The notes under the pieces are model-generated. The model searched no databases. It was given only the letters and a program-made list of their open reading frames with translations, and had not been told where the DNA came from. Positions 21,779 through 32,194 of a DNA stretch of 64,000 nucleotides are shown here, piece by piece. Each line of letters opens with the position of its first letter. Position 1 is the stretch's first letter. Origin of the DNA: Pricia sp. (GTDB taxonomy: Bacteria > Bacteroidota > Bacteroidia > Flavobacteriales > Flavobacteriaceae). Made by a program: the position numbers and the translations under genes. The DNA lies in assembly GCF_041745955.1 (NCBI RefSeq), contig NZ_JBGTHY010000538.1:148-64147 (forward strand). Direction: 5' to 3'.

Positions 21779-22171
21779 ATGAAAGCCCATACCCGAACCT
21801 GTATTATCGATGACGACGCCATTGCTGTTTTTGGCCTCAAAAGGGCCATGGCAAGTATTGACTATAAACCCGACCTATCGATTTTCGAGAACGGACTTGA
21901 CGCCCTTGAAAATTTCGAGAAGCTACTGGAGAATGATTCCGAACTGCCTTCCTTAATTTTCATTGACCTGAACATGCCCGTGATGGACGGGTGGGATTTT
22001 ATGGGGGAAATCACGAAGTTGATACCTGCCCAAGAAGATATGCCAGAGATTTACATCATGACCTCGTCAATTGACATCAGAGATTTGGATAAGGCTAAAA
22101 CCTACGGTCTTGAAACCAATTATTTGATAAAACCGGTCTCTGCGGATGTTTTGGAGGGGATTCTTGGGTGA
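21779..22171 (+). CDS. Second single-domain response regulator
   Basis: IIDDD, FIDLNMPVMDG and KP motifs; ATG at 21779. Confidence 0.9.
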   Translation: MKAHTRTCIIDDDAIAVFGLKRAMASIDYKPDLSIFENGLDALENFEKLLENDSELPSLIFIDLNMPVMDGWDFMGEITKLIPAQEDMPEIYIMTSSIDIRDLDKAKTYGLETNYLIKPVSADVLEGILG

Positions 22172-22243
22172 GGATTATCTCCTTGTATCCATTATTGAGA
22201 ACAAAAGCCGAAGTGTATTTTGGCTTAGCATTAAATGCTGATT

Positions 22244-23629
22244 CTAATCCCGCTCCCCTGGTGTAAAGTCCTCAGGTGCATTTTGAGGTAACTTTATCGT
22301 ACCTAAATCGCCCGTATCATTATAAATCGTCCATTCGCTAAAAGTATACTTTGAATTTCCTTTCTTTATGTCCGCATTTCGGGATGCCCTACCATCCTCG
22401 AATTCGTGACTCGTGCCAGTACCATCTTCACCGATAATTCCGAATACGTCTACGACTGTACCGAAGGGATCGACCAGTTCAAGATTGTCGTCGCCGTTGG
22501 AGTCCGCAGGGCTATTTTTGCCGACGGCCAAATCGGGGGCAAAGCCATATACCGCTTCAAACTCGGCAGGGTTCGGTGAGATGGTTAGCGTAGTTTCGGC
22601 ACCGATCGTAAAATCGGATAGGTCTACGGTCGAGCTGATCTCGGTGTTCGCATTGGTGTAGCGACGTAACGTCCACCCTTTCAAATTTAACGGTTCCTTT
22701 GCAGCGTTATATAGTTCTACAAAACGTGCCGCTATGTTATTATCTGGGTCGGCCAATTCGGATATGAAAATAGTGGCAGAAGTAAATTCATCGACCAGAT
22801 CTGCACAGCGTTCGTTGGTAAAATCAATATCCGACGGATCCCGAATGGCCAATCGGTACGTGTCATTTTCGCGCAGCAATACGCCAATGATACTTCCGTT
22901 GCCTTCGGGAAGGATTTCGGCCTGAAAATCGGAAAATCCGCTATTGAGCAAGACGAGCTCGCTATCGTTGCAATCGGTCAACGTTCGCTCGGTCTCTTCG
23001 CGTTCCAAGGCAAAAGTCTGGCCAACTACGGCATCGGACACTTCAAGACCATCAAGCCGTACAAGCGTATTGGTTAGGTTTTTTGGGATATCGGGGAAGG
23101 ATATGATAGTTGGCGTAATCTCTACTTTTTCATCACAGGCCACAAAAAGATGGTTGTCCACTACCGTGGAGGGCAATCGGCCAACGGATGCATTTCCGAA
23201 GGATGTGAAAACTCCGCCGATCTTGAATATATCTTTGCTTTTTCCCAAATACAGGCCTTTTAGTTGGATATACATTTTACTGCCGACCGGATAGAACAAA
23301 TGCGAATCGCGAACGTCGATCTCGATTTCAAAACCTTCGGATGGATTCACCGGACTGTCCTGAAAATGGAGTACGCTGAAGAAATTCCCTTCTTCGTCGG
23401 ACGAGATTACATAGCCTTCGATGACCAGGTCTTGCTGAATTTGGAAGGTTTGGTCAACGTAAAGGTTTTTGACCTCGGCGTAGGTTGAATTGGCGACGAG
23501 TTCTGTGGGGCATTCAGTGGGCGGTGGGTCAAAGTTGCGGGATTTGGTGCAGGCCAGGGTTAACAGGGATGCGGCGAGGATAACCCTTGTCAGTTTGGCG
23601 TATCTAATACATTGTACTGTTCTTTTCAT
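22244..23629 (-). CDS. Lipoprotein with DUF5689 (OB-fold-like) and lamin-tail domains
   Basis: Lipobox LTLAC; IEGYVISSDEEGNF; FISE...FVELYN...LKGWTL LTD motif. Confidence 0.8.
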   Translation of the reverse strand: MKRTVQCIRYAKLTRVILAASLLTLACTKSRNFDPPPTECPTELVANSTYAEVKNLYVDQTFQIQQDLVIEGYVISSDEEGNFFSVLHFQDSPVNPSEGFEIEIDVRDSHLFYPVGSKMYIQLKGLYLGKSKDIFKIGGVFTSFGNASVGRLPSTVVDNHLFVACDEKVEITPTIISFPDIPKNLTNTLVRLDGLEVSDAVVGQTFALEREETERTLTDCNDSELVLLNSGFSDFQAEILPEGNGSIIGVLLRENDTYRLAIRDPSDIDFTNERCADLVDEFTSATIFISELADPDNNIAARFVELYNAAKEPLNLKGWTLRRYTNANTEISSTVDLSDFTIGAETTLTISPNPAEFEAVYGFAPDLAVGKNSPADSNGDDNLELVDPFGTVVDVFGIIGEDGTGTSHEFEDGRASRNADIKKGNSKYTFSEWTIYNDTGDLGTIKLPQNAPEDFTPGERD

Positions 23630-23689
23630 ATTTTTTTGTTTATCCTACACCGGTATTTCGATCGACCCGTAGGTGCCAGACCGCTAGAC

Positions 23690-23800
23690 GATCTGCAAGG
23701 TATGAGCGAGGCACGAGCGATCCTTGTAGGTCTGCGACACGCGTGTTCCTAATCGGCCAGACCTGCAAGGCTCCGCCTTTGACGGGAAACCTTGTAGGCC
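23690..23800. repeat. Two REP-like palindromes
   Basis: GA(T/C)CTGCAAGG...CCTTGTAGG(T/C)C at 23690-23732 and 23760-23800. Confidence 0.7.
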
Positions 23801-23804
23801 GGGT

Positions 23805-26534
23805 TCAAAAGCTATACGCAAAATTCAAAAAATACGTGCGCCCGTAGCCGTACCAATATTTCGGCGCGAAAGAGGGCGTTCCGCTGAGATTATCCTGTTT
23901 CAATTGTCCGTAATTACCGTTTCTGCTCTGTTCATAACCACCGGTTCGGAACACGGTATCGAACAGATTGTTGACACTGGCGAATATGCTGATGTACTTG
24001 CCTTTTTTGAGCCATGATTTACCTCCTACGAGATTTAGCAAGTAGAAGTTATCCAAGGGCTTTTGTCCCAATAGCTTATTCACATTTTCTTCCGTTGCCT
24101 CAGAAAAAGCCAGTCCCGTTTCGGGGTCGAGGTAAAAACTTCGCGTTCGGGTGATGGCCGATATACCGGCGTAGTTGTCGGCCAAATAGTTGGCGGTCAT
24201 ACTTATCCACCAATATTTCGGATCCCGATATTCGATGCCGACGGCATACGCTTGTTGCGGGCCCTGGGCCAATCTCAAATCCTTTATATTTGCGATACCT
24301 AAGTCACTATTGCCATCCAAATTGATAAGGTCTTCTTCCCGCCCGGCGGTATCGAAGTTGATGGTGAGGTCGGGATTGCTGGCATACAGATACTTCCCTA
24401 CTGCGGCCACTCCGGTCAACTTCACCGAAGATGATACTTGAAACTCCAACCCAAGTTCGGTGCCCATATGCAGCTTGTCGAGATCGGTAAGCACTTCTTG
24501 GACAAAATCGGAACCCACGCCGGTATCGACGAAAAAGAAATTGATATCGGTAGTATTTTGAAAACGGGTATAAAATCCTGTGAGCCTTCCGGTCAATTTT
24601 GGAAGACGGAGATAATAGCTGAGGTCGACCGTCGATACGGTCTCGGTTTGGATGTCGGGTACGACGCGGTTGTTTTCCCTTGGATTGATAAACACGTTCT
24701 GCAATACCGGCGGGCGGGTCAAATAGCCGCCTTGAAGGCTCACCCCGTGCCGGCCGGTCAGGTTGTAGGTGAAGCCGGATTTGATTCCATAATCCGCGAA
24801 TTTGACATTGTTGCTTGCCCCTAGCGCACTATCGGGAAACCTTTCGTTTTGAAACAGCCCTTCGCGATGATAATTCGTAGTGGCGTAATTTCCTGCGAAA
24901 AAAGCGTTCCATTTTGTATGGGTGTACCTGAACTGGCCGAAGCCATCGAATTGGGCGGCCTGCATCCTATAGTTATAATTGAAAATAGCATCCTCCTTTT
25001 TCTGGACCTCGCCGTTAAGGTCGTTCAGTGTGTCGGAAAAAGGATCGATATCCTCATAAAACTCCGCCCCCAGCAAATCGTTGATTTCCGCATAATTGTC
25101 AGAGGTCAATTTTTTATAGGTCAATCCGAAGTCCGCTTGCAAACGCTCATTGATAATCCAGTTACCGACAATATTCCCGGTAAACTGCGTGTCATCGGCA
25201 ATATCATCGTATAAAACATAGGCAGCCTTTTCACGGGCATTGGCCGTATAGACCTTTTGCCAATCGAGTTGTGGATTCTGTAAAAAACCTTCTTTGGTCG
25301 TGTTGGCACTGATAAAATTGGCGCCGATCGGACTGTTGATGTAAAAACTGGGAAGGTACCGGTAATAGGTAGGATCGGGATTCGGAGCGTTATAATAGCC
25401 CAATCGGCTACGCGCATTCGTACCGAACTGATAGGAGACGCCCGTATTCAAGTTGAAATTATCCGATTCGTAAAAATGGTTCAACATCAAGATGGGTTCG
25501 GCAATGTTGCGCTCCCTTGAATTGCGGATTTTTCCATCCTGTTCGCCCCAATAGGGATTGTAGCGTTTGCCGGCCAGTTCAAAGACTTCTTCTGTAATCG
25601 CAGAGGAGCGGCCGCGGCGGTTACTGGCTAGCATGCCTGTAAAATTTAGGCTGTTCTTTTCATTGAGCTGATACTCCAGAGCCCCGAAAACGGAATAGGC
25701 ATCGTACAGCGTGCCGTCGATATAGCCCTGTTTCGCCCATCTTCGGGAAGCTGAAACGCTGTAGGCAAGTCCGTTTTTCTGTACGCTGGAGGTGTAGGTC
25801 GCCATCAATCGTCCGGCATAGGTACGGTTCGAAGCGGATGCCGATAAACGGGTGCCGGGCCGCATCCCCGAAGGTCTGGTATCGATATTGGTATTCCCCA
25901 AGATTCCTCCGAAGGTATACTCTGAAGCTGCCAGACCGTTGCTGAACTGTTGATTTCGCGTTACATCATTTAAGCCTCCCCAGTTGTTCCATTGAGGACG
26001 ACCGTCATAGAACTTGTTCATTGGGATACCGTTGACAAGTACCTCACCGTTTTGGGAATCGTATCCTCGTACCCGGAAGAAGGCCTGTCCGAAATCAAAG
26101 GCCGCACGATTCAGAAAGACATCACGGGTCGCTTGTAGCAATGCTGAGGAATTGGAGTTGATTTCATCGTCCAAAAGTTCGGATTCGGTAAGGCTGATGA
26201 GATTGTCGGTCTGTTCTGTTGCGATATCCCTTTCAAGATAGAGGATACCCAAATCGATGTTTTGGCCATCGATAATTATAGGAATTCTTTTAGTGACAAA
26301 ATCGGATGCCGTAAGGTTCAAGATATAATCACTATTTGGAGGCATAGCAACCTCGAATCGTCCATCGCTATCCGTTGTATTTGAAATCTGAGTGGATTCG
26401 ATGGTGACCACAACTCCAGAAATGGGTTTTTTAGTCCGCGTATCTATAACTGTTCCAAAAATTGTGTTATTTTCCTGCGCCAAGAGAGCAGAAGGAAAAA
26501 CCAAAATCAATACAAAAACAGTCAAAAATCGCAT
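23805..26534 (-). CDS. TonB-dependent outer-membrane receptor
   Basis: CarboxypepD_reg N-terminus, plug FRVRGYD...NGIP, C-terminal YFLNFAYSF. Confidence 0.9.
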   Translation of the reverse strand: MRFLTVFVLILVFPSALLAQENNTIFGTVIDTRTKKPISGVVVTIESTQISNTTDSDGRFEVAMPPNSDYILNLTASDFVTKRIPIIIDGQNIDLGILYLERDIATEQTDNLISLTESELLDDEINSNSSALLQATRDVFLNRAAFDFGQAFFRVRGYDSQNGEVLVNGIPMNKFYDGRPQWNNWGGLNDVTRNQQFSNGLAASEYTFGGILGNTNIDTRPSGMRPGTRLSASASNRTYAGRLMATYTSSVQKNGLAYSVSASRRWAKQGYIDGTLYDAYSVFGALEYQLNEKNSLNFTGMLASNRRGRSSAITEEVFELAGKRYNPYWGEQDGKIRNSRERNIAEPILMLNHFYESDNFNLNTGVSYQFGTNARSRLGYYNAPNPDPTYYRYLPSFYINSPIGANFISANTTKEGFLQNPQLDWQKVYTANAREKAAYVLYDDIADDTQFTGNIVGNWIINERLQADFGLTYKKLTSDNYAEINDLLGAEFYEDIDPFSDTLNDLNGEVQKKEDAIFNYNYRMQAAQFDGFGQFRYTHTKWNAFFAGNYATTNYHREGLFQNERFPDSALGASNNVKFADYGIKSGFTYNLTGRHGVSLQGGYLTRPPVLQNVFINPRENNRVVPDIQTETVSTVDLSYYLRLPKLTGRLTGFYTRFQNTTDINFFFVDTGVGSDFVQEVLTDLDKLHMGTELGLEFQVSSSVKLTGVAAVGKYLYASNPDLTINFDTAGREEDLINLDGNSDLGIANIKDLRLAQGPQQAYAVGIEYRDPKYWWISMTANYLADNYAGISAITRTRSFYLDPETGLAFSEATEENVNKLLGQKPLDNFYLLNLVGGKSWLKKGKYISIFASVNNLFDTVFRTGGYEQSRNGNYGQLKQDNLSGTPSFAPKYWYGYGRTYFLNFAYSF

Positions 26535-26654
26535 CGGGTCAGGTTTGGTTATCGACAAAGTCAGGCAAGTTATCGAGTAGTCCGACGCTTGGACAAACAA
26601 ATCCCTTGAAATGGTTTTTTATTCGTTAATTGGTGTTTTTAGTTAAATAATCCG

Positions 26655-27746
26655 ATGAAAATCAACTTAATAATCGCTTTTTCGATATTCTCTTTTTTGG
26701 GAGCCGCCCAAGAAGAAAAGCAATACAAAATAAGGACTGTCGCATTCTATAACCTCGAAAATCTTTTCGACACCGAAAATGATACTCTCATTTTTGACGA
26801 AGACCGAACACCGGAAGGAAAGGATAACTGGACCCTTGAGCGCTACAATAAAAAACTGGACAACCTTTCAAAGGTCTTGTCCGAAATCGGTTTAGATGTC
26901 ACAAAAACTTCTCCCGATATCATCGGTATTTGCGAAGTGGAAAATCTAAAGGTCATCGAGGACTTGGTCAATCATTCTACCCTATTGGCCAAGGATTATG
27001 GCGTCGTTCATTTTGATTCCCCAGATGAACGGGGTATCGATGTGGCTTTGCTCTATAAAAAGTCGGTATTCTTGCCCACTTCCTTTGACAGCCGTAGATT
27101 ATTGCTTATCAACGACGATGGCAAACGGAACTACACCCGCGACCAGTTGATTGTAGGCGGACTTTTAGACGATGAGCAGTATTACTTTTTGGTCAACCAC
27201 TGGCCTTCCCGAAGCGGCGGTGAAGCGCGGAGCAGACCCAATCGTATGGAAGCCGCCAAACTGAGCCGCCGGATTATTGATTCTATACAGAAATTGGATA
27301 TTTCGGCCAAAATTATCGGGATGGGCGATTTTAACGATGACCCTGACAATGACAGCTTTAAAAAAATATTGAGAACCAATCCAGAGCCGGCGGATGTAGC
27401 CGAAAATGAAACTCGACCGAAAGAAATCAACCTGTTTAACCCCATGGAAAAATTATACCGAAGGGGAATCGGCTCTTTGGCGTATCGGGATAAGTGGAAT
27501 CTTTTTGATCAGATTTATTTTACGGAAAATTTGGTGGACCCAGAGGATGGGAAATATCAATTTTGGAAGGCCGGGGTGTTCAATGCAACTTACCTCGTCT
27601 CAAAAAAGGGGCAATATAAAGGATATCCGTTTCGTACGTATGCTGGCGGGAGTTATGCCGGAGGGTATTCGGATCATTTTCCGGTGTTCGTGTATTTGAT
27701 TCGTGAAGCCGCTACGGACTTATCATTTGGAGAGAAGCCAAAGTAA
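26655..27746 (+). CDS. Secreted endonuclease/exonuclease/phosphatase family nuclease
   Basis: FYNLENLFD, CEVEN, NHWPSR, MGDFND and YSDHFP motifs. Confidence 0.92.
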   Translation: MKINLIIAFSIFSFLGAAQEEKQYKIRTVAFYNLENLFDTENDTLIFDEDRTPEGKDNWTLERYNKKLDNLSKVLSEIGLDVTKTSPDIIGICEVENLKVIEDLVNHSTLLAKDYGVVHFDSPDERGIDVALLYKKSVFLPTSFDSRRLLLINDDGKRNYTRDQLIVGGLLDDEQYYFLVNHWPSRSGGEARSRPNRMEAAKLSRRIIDSIQKLDISAKIIGMGDFNDDPDNDSFKKILRTNPEPADVAENETRPKEINLFNPMEKLYRRGIGSLAYRDKWNLFDQIYFTENLVDPEDGKYQFWKAGVFNATYLVSKKGQYKGYPFRTYAGGSYAGGYSDHFPVFVYLIREAATDLSFGEKPK

Positions 27747-27748
27747 AA

Positions 27749-27833
27749 GTCATTACGAACTAAGTGAGGCAATCGGTTCAGCCTCGAAAGTAGAACCGAT
27801 TGCCGCGTCGCGGAAAAAGGGCCTGGCAATGAC
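27749..27833. repeat. GTCATT...AATGAC palindromic repeat element
   Basis: GTCATTaCGA...GGCAATCGGTTC / GAACCGATTGCC...GCAATGAC between convergent genes. Confidence 0.65.
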
Positions 27834-27836
27834 GTA

Positions 27837-28430
27837 TCAATTCAATTCCTCAATCTTAATATTCCGCCACTTCACCTTGATACCGCCCCCATCATGGATC
27901 TGTAAGGCAATGCCGCCTTCGCCCTCGCCGATCTTTTCATCGGTAAGTGTTACCATTTCGGTGCCGTTCAGCCAAGAGGTCACCGTATCACCGTCGACAC
28001 GGATTTTCATTTTGTTCCATTTGCCCATTTTAAGGGCCTTGTCCTTTTCAGGGTCGGGCTTGATAAGCCAACCTCGGCCGTAGGATTCGTAAATACCGCC
28101 GGTGTCATGACCGGGAGGGGCGACCTCGACTTGCCAACCGCTCACTTGGGTACCATCGACCGTGGAGCGGATAAAGACCCCGCTATTGCCGTCGGCCTCT
28201 TGTTTGAACTCCAAACTCAATTCGAAGTTTTTGTAATGCTCATCGGTACCTAGGTAGCCGTACTGGGCATCGGGGCCGCTTTCACAAATCAGCAGACCGT
28301 CTTCGACATACCATTTTTCTGTGCCATATACCGTCCAGCCATCAAGGTTTTTCCCGTTGAAAAGATCTTGTTTTTGGGCGAAGGTCAGGGTGGTTATGAG
28401 GAGTGTTATCAGTGTTAGGATGCTTTTCAT
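27837..28430 (-). CDS. DUF1080 (3-keto-disaccharide hydrolase) family
   Basis: LFNGKNLDGW, NSGVFIR and IALQIH...WRNIKI motifs. Confidence 0.9.
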   Translation of the reverse strand: MKSILTLITLLITTLTFAQKQDLFNGKNLDGWTVYGTEKWYVEDGLLICESGPDAQYGYLGTDEHYKNFELSLEFKQEADGNSGVFIRSTVDGTQVSGWQVEVAPPGHDTGGIYESYGRGWLIKPDPEKDKALKMGKWNKMKIRVDGDTVTSWLNGTEMVTLTDEKIGEGEGGIALQIHDGGGIKVKWRNIKIEELN

Positions 28431-28585
28431 GGCGTATATCTTTTGGATTTGATTTAGTTATAGGATTTTAGAAAAATACTGCTCAAATAAAATCGACAGG
28501 TCCCAGCCGCAGAATATACTGAGCATTTCGACTCCGCCCAATATAAACTTAGCCGAAGGCCGGGAATGACAAACAAATGCTTTTT

Positions 28586-29044
28586 TCACGTGAACCACTG
28601 ATTCCATGGGATACGACTTAAGATCAAGACCAGGCCGAGACCATAAAAGATAGTGATGCTCTTGAACTTTTTTCTGCCCTCCATAAACTTTTTATGGCGT
28701 GACCAGCCGATGGTAATCAACACGATGGCAATGATATTGATAAACGGATGTTCTACAGCCAATAATCGCGCGGGGGCATTTAGGCCGCCCATACCGAAAG
28801 ACTGTATGGCTTGTAATCCGCTGGGCGACATAAAATAAAGCAAGAGCCCGACCAACAGCTGAATATGGGATAATATCAGGGCAAAAAGACTCAGGCGCAG
28901 GTCTTTTTCCATGGTAAACATCTTGTTGTTGATCCAGCCCATGATAGCGTTGGCGACGGCCAGAAAAAGTATGGCCAGTACGACATAGGCCAAGTAAGAA
29001 TGAAGTGATTGTATCCATTGATAGCCTAATCCGCTTTCGGTCAT
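28586..29044 (-). CDS. Conserved 4-TM membrane protein (cytochrome b-like)
   Basis: LHSYLAY, HIQLLVG, VEHP and SRIPW motifs. Confidence 0.75.
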   Translation of the reverse strand: MTESGLGYQWIQSLHSYLAYVVLAILFLAVANAIMGWINNKMFTMEKDLRLSLFALILSHIQLLVGLLLYFMSPSGLQAIQSFGMGGLNAPARLLAVEHPFINIIAIVLITIGWSRHKKFMEGRKKFKSITIFYGLGLVLILSRIPWNQWFT

Positions 29045-29248
29045 TTGAATTATGTTTTAAAATCTTCTAAATGTACTGAATTTTTAATTGCACAAAAAAA
29101 AGAAGCCGTCCCATAACTAAATGAACGGCTTTTTTTGTGTTTTTTTCTTAGATCGCTATACGAGAACCGTTTTTAAATATTCGATTTCCATGAGGGTTCA
29201 AGAGGTATTGAGACAGTTTTATTAGATAAATCAGATCAGACTTGAGAT

Positions 29249-31933
29249 TTAAAAATCATACCGTAAGGTAAGATTCCAAGTAGTACCAAATCCAAAATAA
29301 ACTTGGTTAGACACGTTTAATCCGTCGTAAGTCTCATCCCCAGCTTCGACAAAGTTCGCAGTAGATGATTCTGATATATATTCAGTATCCAAAAGATTGT
29401 TTACATTGGCCCGTAGTTTTATTGATTTGGTTTTCATTGCTCCTACAGGTACCGTAAAAGTAACGCCGGCATCCAAAATAGAAAAAGATGGTAGCTCCAA
29501 GTTGTCCTTAATCGCCCCAACGTTTGCGTAAAGTTTATCGTAGAACCTATAATCCGCATCTAGGGATAGCATTTCGCCAATTCTATATACAGCTCCAAGG
29601 CCACCGGAAAATTGAGCGGCACCTCCTACTTTTCCACCATCATAGTCTTCTACTTCTTCGCTCAAAATATTCCTATTTTCATCGGAAACCCTTGTTAAAG
29701 ATGCACCTTTATAAATCCAATCCCCCAAAGAGGCAAAACCGTTAAAGCTTAAGTCATTCGTGGGCCTTAATTTAAAATCTACCTCAACACCGGAATGTAA
29801 TTGTTCCGCACCGAAAGTGGTATTGTAGGTCAGTACGTCATTATCATCGAAATTTGAATTGGTGACTACCCTATCCTTCCATGACGTGCGATAAAGGTTT
29901 AGGTTGGCCGAAAAAATGGAACTTGTAAAACCATACCCCGCTTCTAGACCCAAAATCTTTTCATTCTCGGTTAAAGGATTAATGGCATTCGTAAAGTTCA
30001 AGTAGATGTTATCGTGGTACGGTTGGCGCGAGTAATATCCGGTATTCACATAAAAGCTATGCTCTTCGGATGGATTGTAGCTAAAACCACCCTTAGCATT
30101 ATATCCAAAATTATTCACCTTTTCCGAATCTACCCCATCGGTTATTCCGGCGGGCAAAGGCTCACCGGTCCATTGCGCAGATGTGCCATTGATAAGGTAC
30201 TGGTCGGCATATTGATAATGATCGAACCTTTGGTGCGACTGATTGGAAATAGAACCCTGAAAAAACGCCGAAAATTGATTGGTTGCGTACTCCAACTGGG
30301 TGAACAGACCACCGTACGATATACGCTCGTCATTACTATAATCGGTTTTTTGTTCTTCAGGATAACTTTCGAAAGTGGCGGCCCAAGCTGAAGGTCTATA
30401 ACTTTCCGTAGCCAATGAGGATTTGTACGTACCGAAAGACCCATAAGGCTGATGATCGTTATTCTGATCCAATAAACGAATATCTTCCCTCCATCCGTTC
30501 AAACCGTGAAAATCGGAAACTACTCTAAAATGTTCCCCATAATAAGTTCTTAAATCGGCACCAAAATTCAAGGTCAGATTATCCGACAATTCCTTTTCGA
30601 AATTCGTGACCATGCCGTACCAGCTATGCAAGTTCATCGAAGATCTGGTGATGTACGCCGGTTCATCCCCGAAATTAACGCCGATACCGTTGGTAACTTG
30701 GGCATTTTGGGCATAAATGGCATTGTAGTCAATTCGCCCCTCATCGGTTCGGATTCGGTTACCTAGGTTGCCCGTACCCCCACCTCGGCCCCAAGAAGCG
30801 TACAGCACGGTAGAAAGATTGGTATTTGAATTAATATTCCAGTCCCAGTTAAGGTTGGCAACGGGTTTGTGATAGAAGTTTCTGCGTTCTGTTATATACT
30901 CTCCGTTGTAGACGCCCCAGTTGTTATTGTATCTTTTACCATATTCCAAATAGTCCGAAATGGGTTTCCTGAAGTTTTGGTCATGAAATTGCGGTGCACC
31001 GGTAAGCAAAATGTTAAAGTTGTGTGAATCGTTTGGTCTATAGCCGGCAGAAATGAAATATGTTTGCCCCTCACCGAACATTCCTTCATTATAACCATCT
31101 CCCTGCCAATGGGTAAGCATGACACTGAGACCAAAGCCCTTTTCGGAAATACCAGTATTATATCCGGCTGTTGTTTTGATATAATCATCGTTCGCGATGG
31201 TCGCGTAGGCAAACCCACCCTGCTCCATCTCAGTTGCCTTGGTTACAAAGTTAACCGTACCCCCAACAGATGAAATAGCGAGTTTTGATGACCCCAAGCC
31301 TCTTTGAATTTGTATGCCATTCGCTATATCCGACATTCCAGACCAGTTCGACCAGTACATCAAACCATCTTCCATGCCGTTGATTGGTTGGCCGTTCAAG
31401 AGAAATGCCGTATTGTCCTGATCAAAACCCCTGACCCTCATATTTGAGTCTCCAAAACCGCCTGCTTGGCCCGAAACATATACAGATGGTGTATTGACTA
31501 AGGTCATGGTTACATCCTGCGTTCCAATTTTTTCCTGAATCAATTTTGCAGGAATCGAAGAAACCGCTATCGGTGTTTGTCGGTCGTTCGCAAGATCGAT
31601 AATCCCAGTGCCAATGACGACCACACCATCTAACTCCTCAGAATCTGGTTGTAATACGATTTGTTCGATTTCCCCAGTTGAGGTAAATGCTATTCTCTTG
31701 GACACGAACCCAATGTAGGAAACCACCAAAGTGCCTGTATTCGAAGAAACTTCAATAGTAAACTTCCCATCAAAATCGGTAGAAGTACCGTTCGTGGTAC
31801 CCTGAACAACAACACTTGCTCCGGGCAAAGGGTCGTTCAGTTCACCATCGATAACCCTTCCCGTAATCGTTCCCTGCGAAAAAGCAATCGCTGTCATTAA
31901 AAACGCAGCCATTACAAAGTAGAATTTTTTCAT
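29249..31933 (-). CDS. TonB-dependent receptor
   Basis: MKKFYF signal, CarboxypepD_reg domain, plug RVRGF...LLNGQP, C-terminal LRYDF. Confidence 0.92.
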   Translation of the reverse strand: MKKFYFVMAAFLMTAIAFSQGTITGRVIDGELNDPLPGASVVVQGTTNGTSTDFDGKFTIEVSSNTGTLVVSYIGFVSKRIAFTSTGEIEQIVLQPDSEELDGVVVIGTGIIDLANDRQTPIAVSSIPAKLIQEKIGTQDVTMTLVNTPSVYVSGQAGGFGDSNMRVRGFDQDNTAFLLNGQPINGMEDGLMYWSNWSGMSDIANGIQIQRGLGSSKLAISSVGGTVNFVTKATEMEQGGFAYATIANDDYIKTTAGYNTGISEKGFGLSVMLTHWQGDGYNEGMFGEGQTYFISAGYRPNDSHNFNILLTGAPQFHDQNFRKPISDYLEYGKRYNNNWGVYNGEYITERRNFYHKPVANLNWDWNINSNTNLSTVLYASWGRGGGTGNLGNRIRTDEGRIDYNAIYAQNAQVTNGIGVNFGDEPAYITRSSMNLHSWYGMVTNFEKELSDNLTLNFGADLRTYYGEHFRVVSDFHGLNGWREDIRLLDQNNDHQPYGSFGTYKSSLATESYRPSAWAATFESYPEEQKTDYSNDERISYGGLFTQLEYATNQFSAFFQGSISNQSHQRFDHYQYADQYLINGTSAQWTGEPLPAGITDGVDSEKVNNFGYNAKGGFSYNPSEEHSFYVNTGYYSRQPYHDNIYLNFTNAINPLTENEKILGLEAGYGFTSSIFSANLNLYRTSWKDRVVTNSNFDDNDVLTYNTTFGAEQLHSGVEVDFKLRPTNDLSFNGFASLGDWIYKGASLTRVSDENRNILSEEVEDYDGGKVGGAAQFSGGLGAVYRIGEMLSLDADYRFYDKLYANVGAIKDNLELPSFSILDAGVTFTVPVGAMKTKSIKLRANVNNLLDTEYISESSTANFVEAGDETYDGLNVSNQVYFGFGTTWNLTLRYDF

Positions 31934-32194
31934 TTTCTTGAGTGTTAATTGTTCTTTCAATTTTGCCGCAAAAGTGACGTATTTTTTGCTCTCCAATATT
32001 AAGGGAACGTTAATTAACGTCGGAACAAAAGTAACAGAAGATAGGGATTGCTCCCACATCAAGGCAAGAATTTATACCCAGGTTATCAAGAAGTATGAAA
32101 TTGTTGGTGCAACCCTTAAAAAATTATCAGAGTCCTATGAAAAAAGGGAACGAATCAGCTATTTCGGAACGTGGATATAAAATAAAAAGCAGTC

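Noticed and set aside
29100-29220. Possible IS-end remnant (GCCGTCCCATA...TTGAGACAG)
   Set aside because: Too degenerate; the region is also explained by the TonB gene terminator.
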